Source: Octopus bimaculoides
Lineage: Eukaryota
Reading direction: 5' to 3'
Assembly (NCBI RefSeq): GCF_001194135.2
Contig: NC_068984.1
Location: forward strand, 33,181,419 to 33,219,643
Length of the DNA: 38,225 bases
The translations under genes were made by a program, and so were the position numbers. Below the pieces are notes generated by a model. It saw only the letters and a list, made by a program, of their open reading frames with translations. It searched no databases and had not been told where the DNA came from. Within the stretch, counting starts at the first letter, position 1. Each line of letters starts with the position of its first letter. This document shows positions 23,909-35,769 of this stretch, piece by piece.

Positions 23909-25194
23909 ATGTCCGACGAACAGATTTTGTGATAGTTTTGCTGCTTTTTAATAAAGTATGATGTATGTATATATGTATATATATATGTGTATGTATGTAT
24001 ATATGTATATATATATGTGTATGTATGTATATATGNNNNNNNNNNNNNNNNNNNNNNNNNNNNNNNNNNNNNNNNNNNNNNNNNNNNNNNNNNNNNNNNN
24101 NNNNNNNNNNNNNNNNNNNNNNNNNNNNNNNNNNNNNNNNNNNNNNNNNNNNNNNNNNNNNNNNNNNNNNNNNNNNNNNNNNNNNNNNNNNNNNNNNNNN
24201 NNNNNNNNNNNNNNNNNNNNNNNNNNNNNNNNNNNNNNNNNNNNNNNNNNNNNNNNNNNNNNNNNNNNNNNNNNNNNNNNNNNNNNNNNNNNNNNNNNNN
24301 NNNNNNNNNNNNNNNNNNNNNNNNNNNNNNNNNNNNNNNNNNNNNNNNNNNNNNNNNNNNNNNNNNNNNNNNNNNNNNNNNNNNNNNNNNNNNNNNNNNN
24401 NNNNNNNNNNNNNNNNNNNNNNNNNNNNNNNNNNNNNNNNNNNNNNNNNNNNNNNNNNNNNNNNNNNCCGGCATTTGAAACTCTGATTTCTATTATGACA
24501 ACTTACTGATTGTCCTATACTATATATATATATATATATACATACATTTTTGTTTCGAGGGGTGTTATTTCAGTTAGTTCGGAACGATAGATTTACTAAA
24601 ATCATATTCCATATTACCTGAAATTCACTGTTTGTTTTCCAAAAATTGATAACTATATTTGGGGTAATGTTTCTTATACCATAGCTAAATTCGTGTATTT
24701 TCTCTCTATAGCTGTTTAGACTTTTATGTATCCGGAGTGACGTGTAGCAGTTCCTTAATTTACCTGTATAATTTCTTCATTCACTGTGCATATTTGTTTT
24801 TCGAACAATTTCCTCCGGAATTCCTTTGTGCATTTTGCGTTTGTAGCTGTTACGTCGGATAATTCTATGCTCATATATGAGACACAACTTTTCTTACACG
24901 CATATTCATCATATATACAGCAATCATGTTTTATTCTCCTTATTTTAGATTTTTCGTTTAACATTATAAGCTGTCTTGTGGTTGCTTTGAGATAATAAAT
25001 TGCTTACATTCATATTCCACATTTCCAGACTTTCACAGTCTTCTTTTCAATGATTGACTATACTTGGTGTTTGTGTTGTTTCTTATAGACTGGTTGAATT
25101 CATGTAGATTTTCCCTGAAATTGTACATTTAAAGACAGAACTTGTTATACACGTGACTTTTGATGCATGAACGTAACGGTCAAAGCGCACTGAC

Positions 25195-25218
25195 ACAGAC
25201 AGACAGTCACACAAACAG

Positions 25219-25272
<54 letters not shown>

Positions 25273-25306
25273 GCACACACACCCGCACACACACACACGC
25301 ACTCGC

Positions 25307-25345
<39 letters not shown>
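25195..25345. repeat. (CA)n microsatellite
   Basis: Visible array. Confidence 0.95.
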
Positions 25346-26091
25346 TGCGGTATGTTTGTATTGTTTTTCAAATAAATTGTTGTTTCCGTGCTCTGTTCAT
25401 TGATTTCTGAAATCATGTTTGTGTTGGCTTAATTCGTATTTTACTTATTTTTTGCCTTCTCCATTTGTGCTTTTTACTGTACGTTTCACTAACGACGGAG
25501 TGTTCTTTTCTATATTCTTCTACGATTTACCTGTGTCTGAGCTCTTTATTTTTACTTGAATTTTAATATTCCTGTGTATATAGGTCTGAGAGTACACACT
25601 TCAGCTCTTAAGTAAATGTTGCTACCGCATATATTATTTCATTTCGCTGCGAAATAATGATTTTGTTCGTCGTTTCCAATAATATGTAACGTCTAGGTTT
25701 CCTTTCTTTGTTTGTTTTTGCTGTTGTTGCAAAGTCATAATGAATTGGGAATGACTTTTGTTTTTTCCCTGTAGAGATATTCTAACCGGTCTAACTAAAT
25801 TGATTGTTAACTAATTTCCACCTTTATATTTTCCTATTCTCTTTTTTCTACTCTTAAATTTCTCATATTGTCTTTTTCGTTATGTTTCTGTATGAGTTTT
25901 TCACATTTGGTCTTTGTTGGTTTGCTTTACGGAAGCGTTCAAAGTATCGGTATTATAGTTGTGGGCTACAGGCTTTATTTTATACACGCTAGTTCTTCAG
26001 TTCGTGGTCTAAATTCTTTGTTTTTATGTTATATTCAGTTTGTTACTTTTGAGCGTTCGTTATCAATATTTTCCTAATGTATGCTTTTCAT

Positions 26092-26283
26092 AAGGCGGCG
26101 AGCTGGCAGAAACGTTAGCAGCATTTCGTCTGTCCTTACGTTCTGAGTTCAAATTCCGCGAGGTCGACTATGCTTTTTATCCTTTTCGGGTCGATAAATT
26201 AAGTACCAGTTGCGTACTGTGGTCGATCTAATCGACTGTCCCCCTCCCCAAAAATTTCGGGCCTTGTGCCTAGAATAGAAAAC
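26092..26283 (+). mobile_element. Near full-length tRNA-derived SINE with target-site duplication
   Basis: Head ggcggcgagctggcagaaacgttagca (A box), B box gagttcaaattcc, and core gggtcgataaattaagtaccagtt. Flanked by aatgtatgcttt(t/c)cat at 26076-26091 and 26284-26299 (15/16 identical). Confidence 0.9.
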
Positions 26284-26642
26284 AATGTATGCTTTCCATC
26301 CGAATGCCTTATGATGAATTATGTTTTTTTTTTCTACTAGGGGAAATAATATTAATAATTGGGATATTAAGATGAGATAACTGAGTTCTGTTGCTCACCA
26401 AATGCATGTGTATTGTTGACATTCCTTTTTGTATTTCAACTCATTATGAAAAATGCAATTANNNNNNNNNNNNNNNNNNNNNNNNNNNNNNNNNNNNNNN
26501 NNNNNNNNNNNNNNNNNNNNNNNNNNNNNNNNNNNNNNNNNNNNNNNNNNNNNNNNNNNNNNNNNNNNNNNNNNNNNNNNNNNNNNNNNNNNNNNNNNNN
26601 NNNNNNNNNNNNNNNNNATATATATATATATATATATACATA

Positions 26643-27184
26643 CAGGGTTATTCAAATGGAATGAACCGATTTCGTTACGCAATATTTTAATAAGGAAAAG
26701 CAATAGAAATCCACGGCTAAGTCACAAGTATTTACTCACAATCAACGTTTGTTTATTTCCTGTCTCACAAGTGTTCATTGTGGTCAGCACCTGCAGCACG
26801 GGCAACATTACTGCGATATGAGAATTCCTTCCAGACGCGTATCAGCATATCATGATCCACCGAGTACTACTTTGGCTGTGTGGTTGAATGCTTTATCGAA
26901 GTTTTTCAACTTTCCTTCAATGTCAATATTTTCTAAAATCGCCTCAACCAAATCAAATTTATTTTTTAGTTCCATAATGAACTTGCTTTTGATATGCTGA
27001 TACGCGTCTGGTAGGAATTCTCTTATTACATTGATATTGCCCGTGCTGCAGGTGGTGGTCACATCGAGCACTTATAAGACAGGATTGTAAGTAAATACTT
27101 GTGACTCAGCTGGATTTCGCTATTGCTTTTCCTTATTAAAATATTGCGTAATGAAATCGGTTTCTTCTTTTTGAATATTCCTTT
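26643..27184. mobile_element. Non-autonomous Tc1/mariner-derived foldback element (MITE-like) with ~200-bp inverted arms
   Basis: Left arm 26643-26852 and right arm 26990-27184 are reverse complements. Shared blocks include ttacgcaatattttaataaggaaaagcaatag, cacctgcagcacgggcaa and ccagacgcgtatcagcatatca. Starts after TA. Confidence 0.8.
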
Positions 27185-28139
27185 ATATATGTAAAATATA
27201 CTTCTGCCTATTCTCCTTTAAGTATCAAACAAATTTCCTTTAAATTAGCATGGTTGTGATATTTCTCCACTGCCATAATTTTTATTCTCTCATGTATGAT
27301 AACACCGAAGATGTCACCGCTCGTATTGAATTAATTATGGGACGTAAATGTCACTGCATTTTTAAAAGTATTACTTACATTGATATACTAGAAAATTTGT
27401 CAACTCGTTTTTCTTCGCCGTTTGCTAATTGATATCGTTGGATATTTCGAGAGGGAGTGTAATGAGCCGGTTTTAACTAATGCTCAGTATTCACCATATT
27501 GTTATTAAAAGGAATGCGTATGGAAAGCCGTCTCCCTTGTCCACATTTTAGGGGTTATTGCTCTTGAAAACAAACTACATGTGCTTGGCTGTCAGAGTAA
27601 ATGTTTTTAATAGGAAATATTCAGAAGTCATGTTATTTCCATCAAGAAATACAAATTCATTACTATTTAATTTACTGATTCTTAAACGACAGTCGCGGAA
27701 AAGTCAGTACACTGGCAGCTCAGCACTTGAAAAATAACCCACACAGCGTTATTGAGTGATGGACCTATGAACTACCTATACTGACTGAGGTTAGCACCAA
27801 TCGAACAACGAAGGTGCTTATGATCTCGGAGGTTGTTACGACCAGGGTTGGCAGTCTCCACTTGCATATCTCTGTAATTCTTACTAATACATGTAGCAAT
27901 TTAAAGGGTAGAACAGAACGTACTTTCCATAATATTTCTAATACTGTTATAAAGAGTTAAGCACAAATATATATGTAGACATGAAAATATATTTCAATGA
28001 CAATAAATTGACTGAAAGATACAGTGCCAGACATTGAAAAGAGCAGAACCATAATTATACTAGGAATATACACATCCAAACAGAAACATTTGTAGTCACA
28101 AGTTAAAACGCTCAAAATAATGGAAACTGCAAAATCACA

Positions 28140-28747
28140 AACATAACGTACATATTCATGAACTCATCAGACGTAACTGCAACATGTGTTTACTCACGTT
28201 GCTGTTTATGAGTAAATACTGTGCATTAGTGATCTCGCGGCCAAAGAGAAATATAAAAATGTTACTTAGAGAAAATGAACAAAGATTTGGTTGAAGAAAT
28301 GGCGAAGAGAAATTGGCTTCGTGAGAGGAAAGCGGGATTATGAAGAGTGATAGAGATCAGTATAGTGAGCAAGCTAGACAGACGCATCAAGTGCAAATGG
28401 CATAGAAGAAGGTTAAGCTGGTTAATGCTGCCGCTTTCTTCACGGCCAGACAATCACACAGCTTACAATTCTGTGCATGGTTATAGAAGAGACAGACAGG
28501 ATCCCTTCGCGTTGAGCATCACCGGGAGTAATGGCTGACGAACTAAGGGAACATATCACCAATACACTTGCTTCTCTTAAGGTAAGTCCAGCCAGTCACT
28601 CCTGACTTCATTTCATCCCTTACTGCGTTGCCGTTTTGCGAAGAGAATGGAGTCTGATCATCTTTCAAGAGAAGGAAAAAGAGAAATTGAGTAAAGAGAA
28701 GAGAAGAAAGATAAGGATGAGATGGATGTGGAGGGCTTTTGTTGTTG

Positions 28748-28779
<32 letters not shown>

Positions 28780-29585
28780 GGTGGTGGTGGTGGTGGATGA
28801 CGATGATGATGTGGAGGAGGCAGAAGATAGAGGTTGTAAAAGTGGAGTAGTTGGTGGCAGCGGAAATGTCAAGGGAGTTAATAGAAGCGCTGGAGATAAA
28901 ATGGAGAATTGAAAGATGAATAGGCAGGATTGTTTGAAAGCGAGGAAGGACTCGATTTGTGAGCAGGAGAGTGAAATCAAGCTGATACAGTCCTTGACGT
29001 ACCGACCGTATAGATCAGGATTGGGACTGGCAAACTGAGAATATTTGGAGATCAGCATAGCGAACGAGGAGGTTCGCACACTCGGGGCCCATTCTGTTAC
29101 CCATTGTCCCTCCGCAGATCTGACTGTAAAACTCGCTTGCGAACTGGACGAATATCGAAGATACAGCCATTATGCCAAACGGAGGTGGTTAGTCATGGTA
29201 GGGTGAGGATCAGGACGTAAAGTCAAGAAATTTTTGTATGACTGAAGGCCTTCATTATGTTGGAGAGCAGTATACCGAGATTCGACGTCGAGGGTGAAGC
29301 AGGGTCGGGAGAGTTCAGGAGGGAAGGAGAGGAAATTAAAGAGACGACGAGCGTGGTTGGTGCCGTGAATAAGGGGAAGGAAGCCACAAGAGGGTGAAGA
29401 CGATGTTGACGTATTAGTGATTTCAGTACGGAAGGTAAAAACTGGTAGTTGTGTGTGGTATCTGGACAATGAAGATGGAGGTGGTGTGCGATAAGGAGCT
29501 TGAGGATATAAATTCTTCGATTGTAGAAGAAACGACTGGTTGAATGCTAGACGTGGGGTCGGAGTTTAGAGGACATGAAAGCAAT
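28140..29585 (-). mobile_element. Penelope-like retroelement, decayed, RT plus GIY-YIG, interrupted by a microsatellite
   Basis: HGTNHARRLFNF...FTLDVESRYTALQHNEGL (ORF 29170-29469), MGNRMGP (~29085-29105) and PNPDLYGRYVKDC (ORF 28543-29079, degenerate YxDD). Near 28300-28420 lie FYAICT*C..SLY and KPISLRHFFN (GIY-YIG remnants). Confidence 0.85.
28738..28812. repeat. Compound trinucleotide microsatellite (GTT)n(GGT)n(GAT)n inside the PLE
   Basis: Visible array. It encodes poly-S/T/N on the minus strand. Confidence 0.95.
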
Positions 29586-30899
29586 GCATCTGTATTCTGC
29601 TATTGACAGATTGATTAAATTTATTAATTAGAATAGTCTATTTCATCTGCAAATTTCTAGTACGCGATATTGTCTTTATCCTTTAGCATCCCTAGAAATT
29701 ATTTATTGTTGGAGATGGTGTTATACTGTTCTTATCTTCTCTTTATCTCACAGTTATACAATAGGTTTAATTCTGTATGTAGGAATGTCTGATCCTGCCA
29801 GTCTCTCCTTATCCCATCTCCTATTCCTTTATATCGGCGCAAATCAGAGTTGATGTCATTATAGTTTCTCTTAATACACGATTTTTAAACCTGGTATATT
29901 GATATAAGTTAAAAGCGCAAAAACGTTATATTGATATTGCTTTTACTTTCATTGCTATATTTCCAGCTTGCTTTGTAGTGTCTTCCTAAACACTTTAACT
30001 CTATTAGTCTATTTCACAATACCTCATATAAACTGTATACCTTTCATTCTCATTCACACCCAGCACTATTTCTGTATATATATATATATNNNNNNNNNNN
30101 NNNNNNNNNNNNNNNNNNNNNNNNNNNNNNNNNNNNNNNNNNNNNNNNNNNNNNNNNNNNNNNNNNNNNNNNNNNNNNNNNNNNNNNNNNNNNNNNNNNN
30201 NNNNNNNNNNNNNNNNNNNNNNNNNNNNNNNNNNNNNNNNNNNNNNNNNNNNNNNNNNNNNNNNNNNNNNNNNNNNNNNNNNNNNNNNNNNNNNNNNNNN
30301 NNNNNNNNNNATATATATATATATATATATATATACACAAACATATATGCATGTGTGTGTGTGTTTGTCTGTATGTGTGTGTGTGTGTGTGTATGTGCGC
30401 TCGTCTTAACACACGTTGTTGATAGGCAACGTCATATAGAATCTCCACAGGCCCTGTGTGTTAGTAATGTGGCAAGCTATTCCGTTTGAAGAAGTAAATT
30501 GTTAGACAGTTTGTCTGGTAATTCAGTTTAGAGTGCCACACATGATCTGATTTGCCATTATTTCACAACGATAAAAATCTATCAAGAAATCAAAAGTATG
30601 CTGTTAGATAAATCAATCAGTTCTTTTCATTTACGATTTCCAAAAGAAATACCTCATGAAATATTAGTTTGCATTTCTTTTTTTATTCCTTTAAATTTTC
30701 TTTATGGGAAAATTAACTTAAGTAGAGAGAGAGTACCCTAAAGCTGTATAATTATATTGGAAATATAATTACTTCATAGCAATCAGAGCGAATAACAAGT
30801 GAATGTTAATAATAGGATAGAAGCGTTACAAAGTCATTTCATTTCGCATATGCGCCACAAATCATCGTGGATTAAACATATATACAAAGGAAAACGCTC

Positions 30900-30957
<58 letters not shown>

Positions 30958-30972
30958 TCACACACACACACT
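30900..30972. repeat. (CA)n microsatellite
   Basis: Visible array. Confidence 0.95.
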
Positions 30973-31212
30973 CCAATATATATGCTTATATAATCATACA
31001 CACGTTGTTATGTTATGCATACATTATAAGTATTAAGAATTATAACAAACGCATACTCATAGTTGTATGTATATATGTATGTTTACATACATAGATATAT
31101 AATAGGTTTATAGATACATTCATATATACTCGTATACATAGAGAGGTAGAGAGAGAGAGAGAGAGAGAGAGTCACGCATATATACATATATGCATGTATG
31201 CATTCTGTAAAT

Positions 31213-31249
<37 letters not shown>

Positions 31250-32742
31250 GTAGGCATGCCCATCAAATTTGTTTCGAACGCAAATACGCTCTTATTGCAG
31301 AGAGAAGCGTCTAAGACGGTTGACAACATTTCTATCAAGGCGCTTAGATGATACTGAAACGTGATGGAATTTTGAATTTTTTATGACGAATGTAGTAACA
31401 TATCTTTGGCTGGAATCGGAAGAACAGTATTATTGCCTTCTCATTTCAACCTCCCAATATGTTGAGACTGACAGTAGATGAGTACATCTTCCGTTATGCA
31501 TAATATATAACAATGCTCCTCTGGTCTTGTTGCGCCTGTTTTCCTATTAGCATCCTCTCTTCGACTGTCGATATTTGGATTTCATACATGACAAATACGT
31601 TTTGTGATATTATAATGAGAACACAAAATCTAACAGACAATTTCACCATTTATAACTTTGGGGCATTATTGTAAAATTTGATCGGCAATTCGAATTGTCT
31701 CAAACTGCAAGTTAATGTTCCTATTTAGAGGCTATCATTCACTTTTATTCAATTCAAGATCTTCCGTATAACAATCGCAAAGATGTTTGGAAAAGATTTC
31801 CATTAAAAAAAAATTTTTTTTAGGTGTAGACTGAGAATTAATTCCGAGAATTTATCGCTTCGGAAGGCTAAATCCTTGAAGACGGATGGAAAATCAGTCT
31901 CACTCATTGAATAAGGCTCTTGATGAGCTGAGTATTCATAATGTAAGACCATGGTAGTTTCAGAAATTGATCGGTGATTTTATGCTCCTGCCAGCCCAGA
32001 GGCGTTCCTCCATATTGCAAACGCACATGGAGTTTTTGTTTCATAAAGTTGATTTCGGAATGTAGGTAGCCATCTCTCACACACCTATAACACTTCCTAA
32101 AATGCATTACATCTAGCGTAGTTCCTTGTACAAATATATTGGGTTCTACATATGAAATTTCTAGAATAATTGGAAACATCATGTTCAATTTCTTTACAAG
32201 AAGCCGTAGAGTAACTCTACAGACAATCATTATTTCCTGAACATTTACTTGCTCGCGTGATTCACAAGGTAACAAGCGTCAGTATACTGAAATCCACAAG
32301 TGAACGACGATTCTCTAGAGAGAATTTCTACTTACCTTGTCTAAAGCTTTCTTTTGATCAAGAAATACTCAACAAAGGGTGGCAGTTGGGGACCTCTGCT
32401 CTGTGCGAAACTACAACTGCCCGATATAAAATATCAAATCAATGGTTCTCCTACCCGATCAGAATTCACTCTGATATTCCGCGACAATGATAGAACATAT
32501 GTAGGCATGTAGCCGAAATAATGTGTCTGGTGAATATTTTAGATCAGTTAAAAATATGGCATGGAAATTGTCATAGGTTGTTATGTCGCATTTCGCTTCT
32601 AGATAGAAAATATGTTTTTGTATGTATGTACGCATGAACGTGTGTAAATATAAATACGCAGACAGGCACACTCACACAAGCACACGCACACACACACATA
32701 CACACACACACACACATACACACACGCACAAACACACATATA

Positions 32743-32804
32743 CAGGAGTTGGACAAAATTTACTTGAAATTTTAAGGTGTTTCCATTATTTCGTCCAACC
32801 CTTG
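32743..32804. mobile_element. 62-bp Tc1-derived miniature element (two TIRs only)
   Basis: TA|caggagttggacaaaat ... atttcgtccaacccttg|TA, with TIRs 14/17 complementary. The right end matches the Tc1 terminus at 22810-22832. Confidence 0.75.
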
Positions 32805-32931
32805 TATATGTTGTTGTGAACACGCACTATATATTCATTCTTTACTCGTCTATTACTGTTCTTATTCGAACTCATTTCCATTGTCCCAAAATTTTTCGTC
32901 ACACATCTGTGAACTCTTCAGCGATGCTTTT

Positions 32932-33853
32932 CGTCTTCGTTTGTGCTCTTGCTACGCATTTTCCATCTGTTCTTCCATGATGTGTATACATATATGCGCA
33001 TGAGTTTGTGTCTGTGTTTGTGTGTGTGCATTTGTGTGTGTGTGTGTGTATTTCATTGTTCTTAGTACCATTATGCACCTCCCCCTCTGCTCTGTCCCCT
33101 CCACCGCTGCTGTTGCTGCTGCTGCCTTTGAACCCGTGTTTTGGTACCGTTCCGGTACATCTGTGTTTGTGTGTTCGGGTTGTTTTCTTTGCCATTGTTG
33201 TTACCACTGTTGTCGTTGTTGATTGTGTTGTTGATATTTTTGCGGCTGTTTGTGAAGTTACAGCATGTGTATTTGTGTGTAAATATGGGTTCGCTTCCTA
33301 TGTTGTTTGTACCGGTGCCCTGTACACAGGTTTTTTTTTTATCTATCTATATTTCTTATATTTATCGTAGGTATGAGCATATTTGCTTAAGCACATACCT
33401 ATGATAAATATAAGAAATAGTGATAAATAACAAACAAATCATGAAAGGAACGGGTACAAACAATATAGGAAGCGAACCCATATACACGCATAAACTTACA
33501 TGCTGTAATTTGACAGACTGCTGCAATAATATCAACAACACGACCAACAAAGTCAACAGCGTTAATAACAATGGCAGCATAAACAGCAACAACTACTACG
33601 ATGGCAGTAGCGTGGGCAAACACACAAGTAAGTGCTGGAAAGGTACCAAAAGAAGTGCTCAAGTGCAGCAGCAGCGACATCGGAGGAAGGGACGGGGCTG
33701 AGGGGCGGGTCATAGTGCTATTTAGAACAATGGCACACACATACACATGTACACATATACACACAAACAGAGACGCAAAATCATGCGCATATAAGGATAC
33801 ACATTATCGAATAACGGAGTGGAAAAAGAAGAGCAAGAACACACACGTAGACG
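32932..33853. repeat. Long imperfect palindrome (foldback), ~445-bp arms, centre ~33385
   Basis: 33351-33375 vs 33394-33418 pair at 24/25. 33284-33313 vs 33453-33482 pair at 29/30. Homology can be followed by eye out to cgtcttcg (32932) and cgtagacg (33853). Confidence 0.9.
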
Positions 33854-34626
33854 GTAAGTGTCCAGCACGCATATAATTTTTATTTTCCGGTGGTGCGTAA
33901 AAACATTTTAGCATTAGATGTTATTTGTGAATTCCTTGATAATACCAGTTAATACACAATACATACAAACATAGAATCGAAATAAATTGAAACACATGCA
34001 GATCCATTTGAAGGATAAATTGGTAATTAATACCTAAACATATTCGTGTAAAACTATTTCTATTTACCACCCAAAAGTAATGGTTTGCGTATACTTAATC
34101 TAGTGTAGGTGCTATAACTTTTTGACTGAGATGACGACCCCAAACAAGTGCCGTTAATTCACGTCCACAAAATTGCTTGAAATAATTTCGGTAATTCAAT
34201 TTTTGAGCATAAATTTAATTTAACTTTCTGAAAGGAATAACTTAAATGTATAAAATATAAAATCAAAATCATGAATGTATGCTACTTCATTAAATAGCTT
34301 TGTTTAGCGACGGCTATTAAAAGATGTGTCTTTTGGCAATGTCTGTTCACACATGTACATAATTACATACATACATGATACATACATATACGTCCATATA
34401 AACACACAGACACACACACGCACATCCATACATATATACACACATATACGTATACACACACACATACACATATACTCCTAATGTATTTTCCCTTTATTTA
34501 AGTTCGGTATGTCGCCACTAATGTAAAGGGTTTTTAATAACTCATACTGTAATTTAAGTGGATCACAGACCTTTTGGGGTCTATTTCTAGCAGACTGGTG
34601 CTGTAATCATTCAACACCCTTATTGT

Positions 34627-34669
<43 letters not shown>

Positions 34670-34759
34670 NNNNNNNNNNTATATATATATACATACACAA
34701 ATACATGCATACATCCATACATGCATGCATACATTTACTTACACTAACACTATAAGACA

Positions 34760-35755
34760 CACGGGGTGTGGGGCTGAAAAGATCATAGGCTGACTATGAA
34801 GGATAGATGCTAGAGCTGAGAAGCTTTGTATGCACTAATTTCAACATGTCTTATTTATAACTGCTTAATTTGGTTTCCGGTAAACCAGCATCTGACTAAT
34901 CAAAGAACACCTTAAATGTAATTAGTTGAGAATTCTCTTGAAAATAGACAAAATTTGGCGTTGTGGTGTTAATAACTACCCGCAGAAGGAGGATAGAAGT
35001 CCCAAGGATATTCATACTGACATACTTGATGAATTAGGGAGTGGCGCTCCAGCTCGAATAAAGTGGAAAAACTGGGCAGCTGAGTTTTGGAAGAGAAAGG
35101 AGTTTAGGTGGAGAAGGAAATATAGAAGAGAGAGTTTTGATGAAGCTTGAGCGTCCTGCAACTGTCCTATAGAAAAAAAATGTCATTGACCGTGTCCACC
35201 ACATACTGATGGATAACTGGTGATTCAGTAAACGTCAAATAGATGGTGTTATTAGCATATCCCGTGAAAGAGTTGAGAATATTATGCACAATCATTTTGG
35301 AATGACGAATGTTTCTGTTCGGTTGAGGCCACGCCTTGAAACAAATGATCAAAAGTGCTCTAGTCTGATCCCTTGACAGGAAAATCTGACGTTGTTTGAG
35401 ACAGATATAGCTGGTCTCATTGAACGCTTCCTAGCAAACGTTGAGTTCAGCCCTTCGAGTCAGAGACAAAGAGATTATCCGTAAAGTGAAACACATCTCT
35501 TCATCTCATCCAAAGAACGTCAAGATATTTTCCTCTGCAGGGAAGGTGGCAGATTCAGGTTAATGGGATGTAAAAGAGATTGTGTCTATTGACTAACTTC
35601 AACGGTGAGTTTCATGTCAAATCTCAGAGGCAGTTAGAATAGGCTATCACGATCAACCGACGAGAAAAAGTGACGAATGTTGTGTTGTTTCATCAGGACA
35701 ATGCACCCAAGTCCTTGCATTTGACCGAATTTTGAGCTTTTTCCCATTTGCGAGA
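34760..35755 (+). mobile_element. Mariner-type DNA transposon 5' two-thirds, decayed
   Basis: TIR-like ggggctgaaaagatcataggctgac. HTH region SPKDIHTDILDELGSGAP, a degenerate WVPR-L region (RLRPRLETNDQK), and LFHQDNAP (second catalytic D) near 35685-35710. Confidence 0.8.
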
Positions 35756-35769
35756 AGGGGAAAATTATC

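Noticed and set aside
23905-24509. Long ORFs spanning N-runs (also near 9.8, 26.5 and 30.2 kb)
   Set aside because: They are open only because the gap bases are unknown.
24755-24964. Possible CR1/L2 LINE C-terminus (SDVTATNAKCTKEFRRKL)
   Set aside because: Only a faint motif resemblance with no upstream RT motifs, so it is not called.
31904-32490. 123-aa and 77-aa ORFs and a strong AAG|gtaagt minus-strand donor at ~32335
   Set aside because: No recognisable domain, and all three frames have stops within ~36 nt upstream of the donor.
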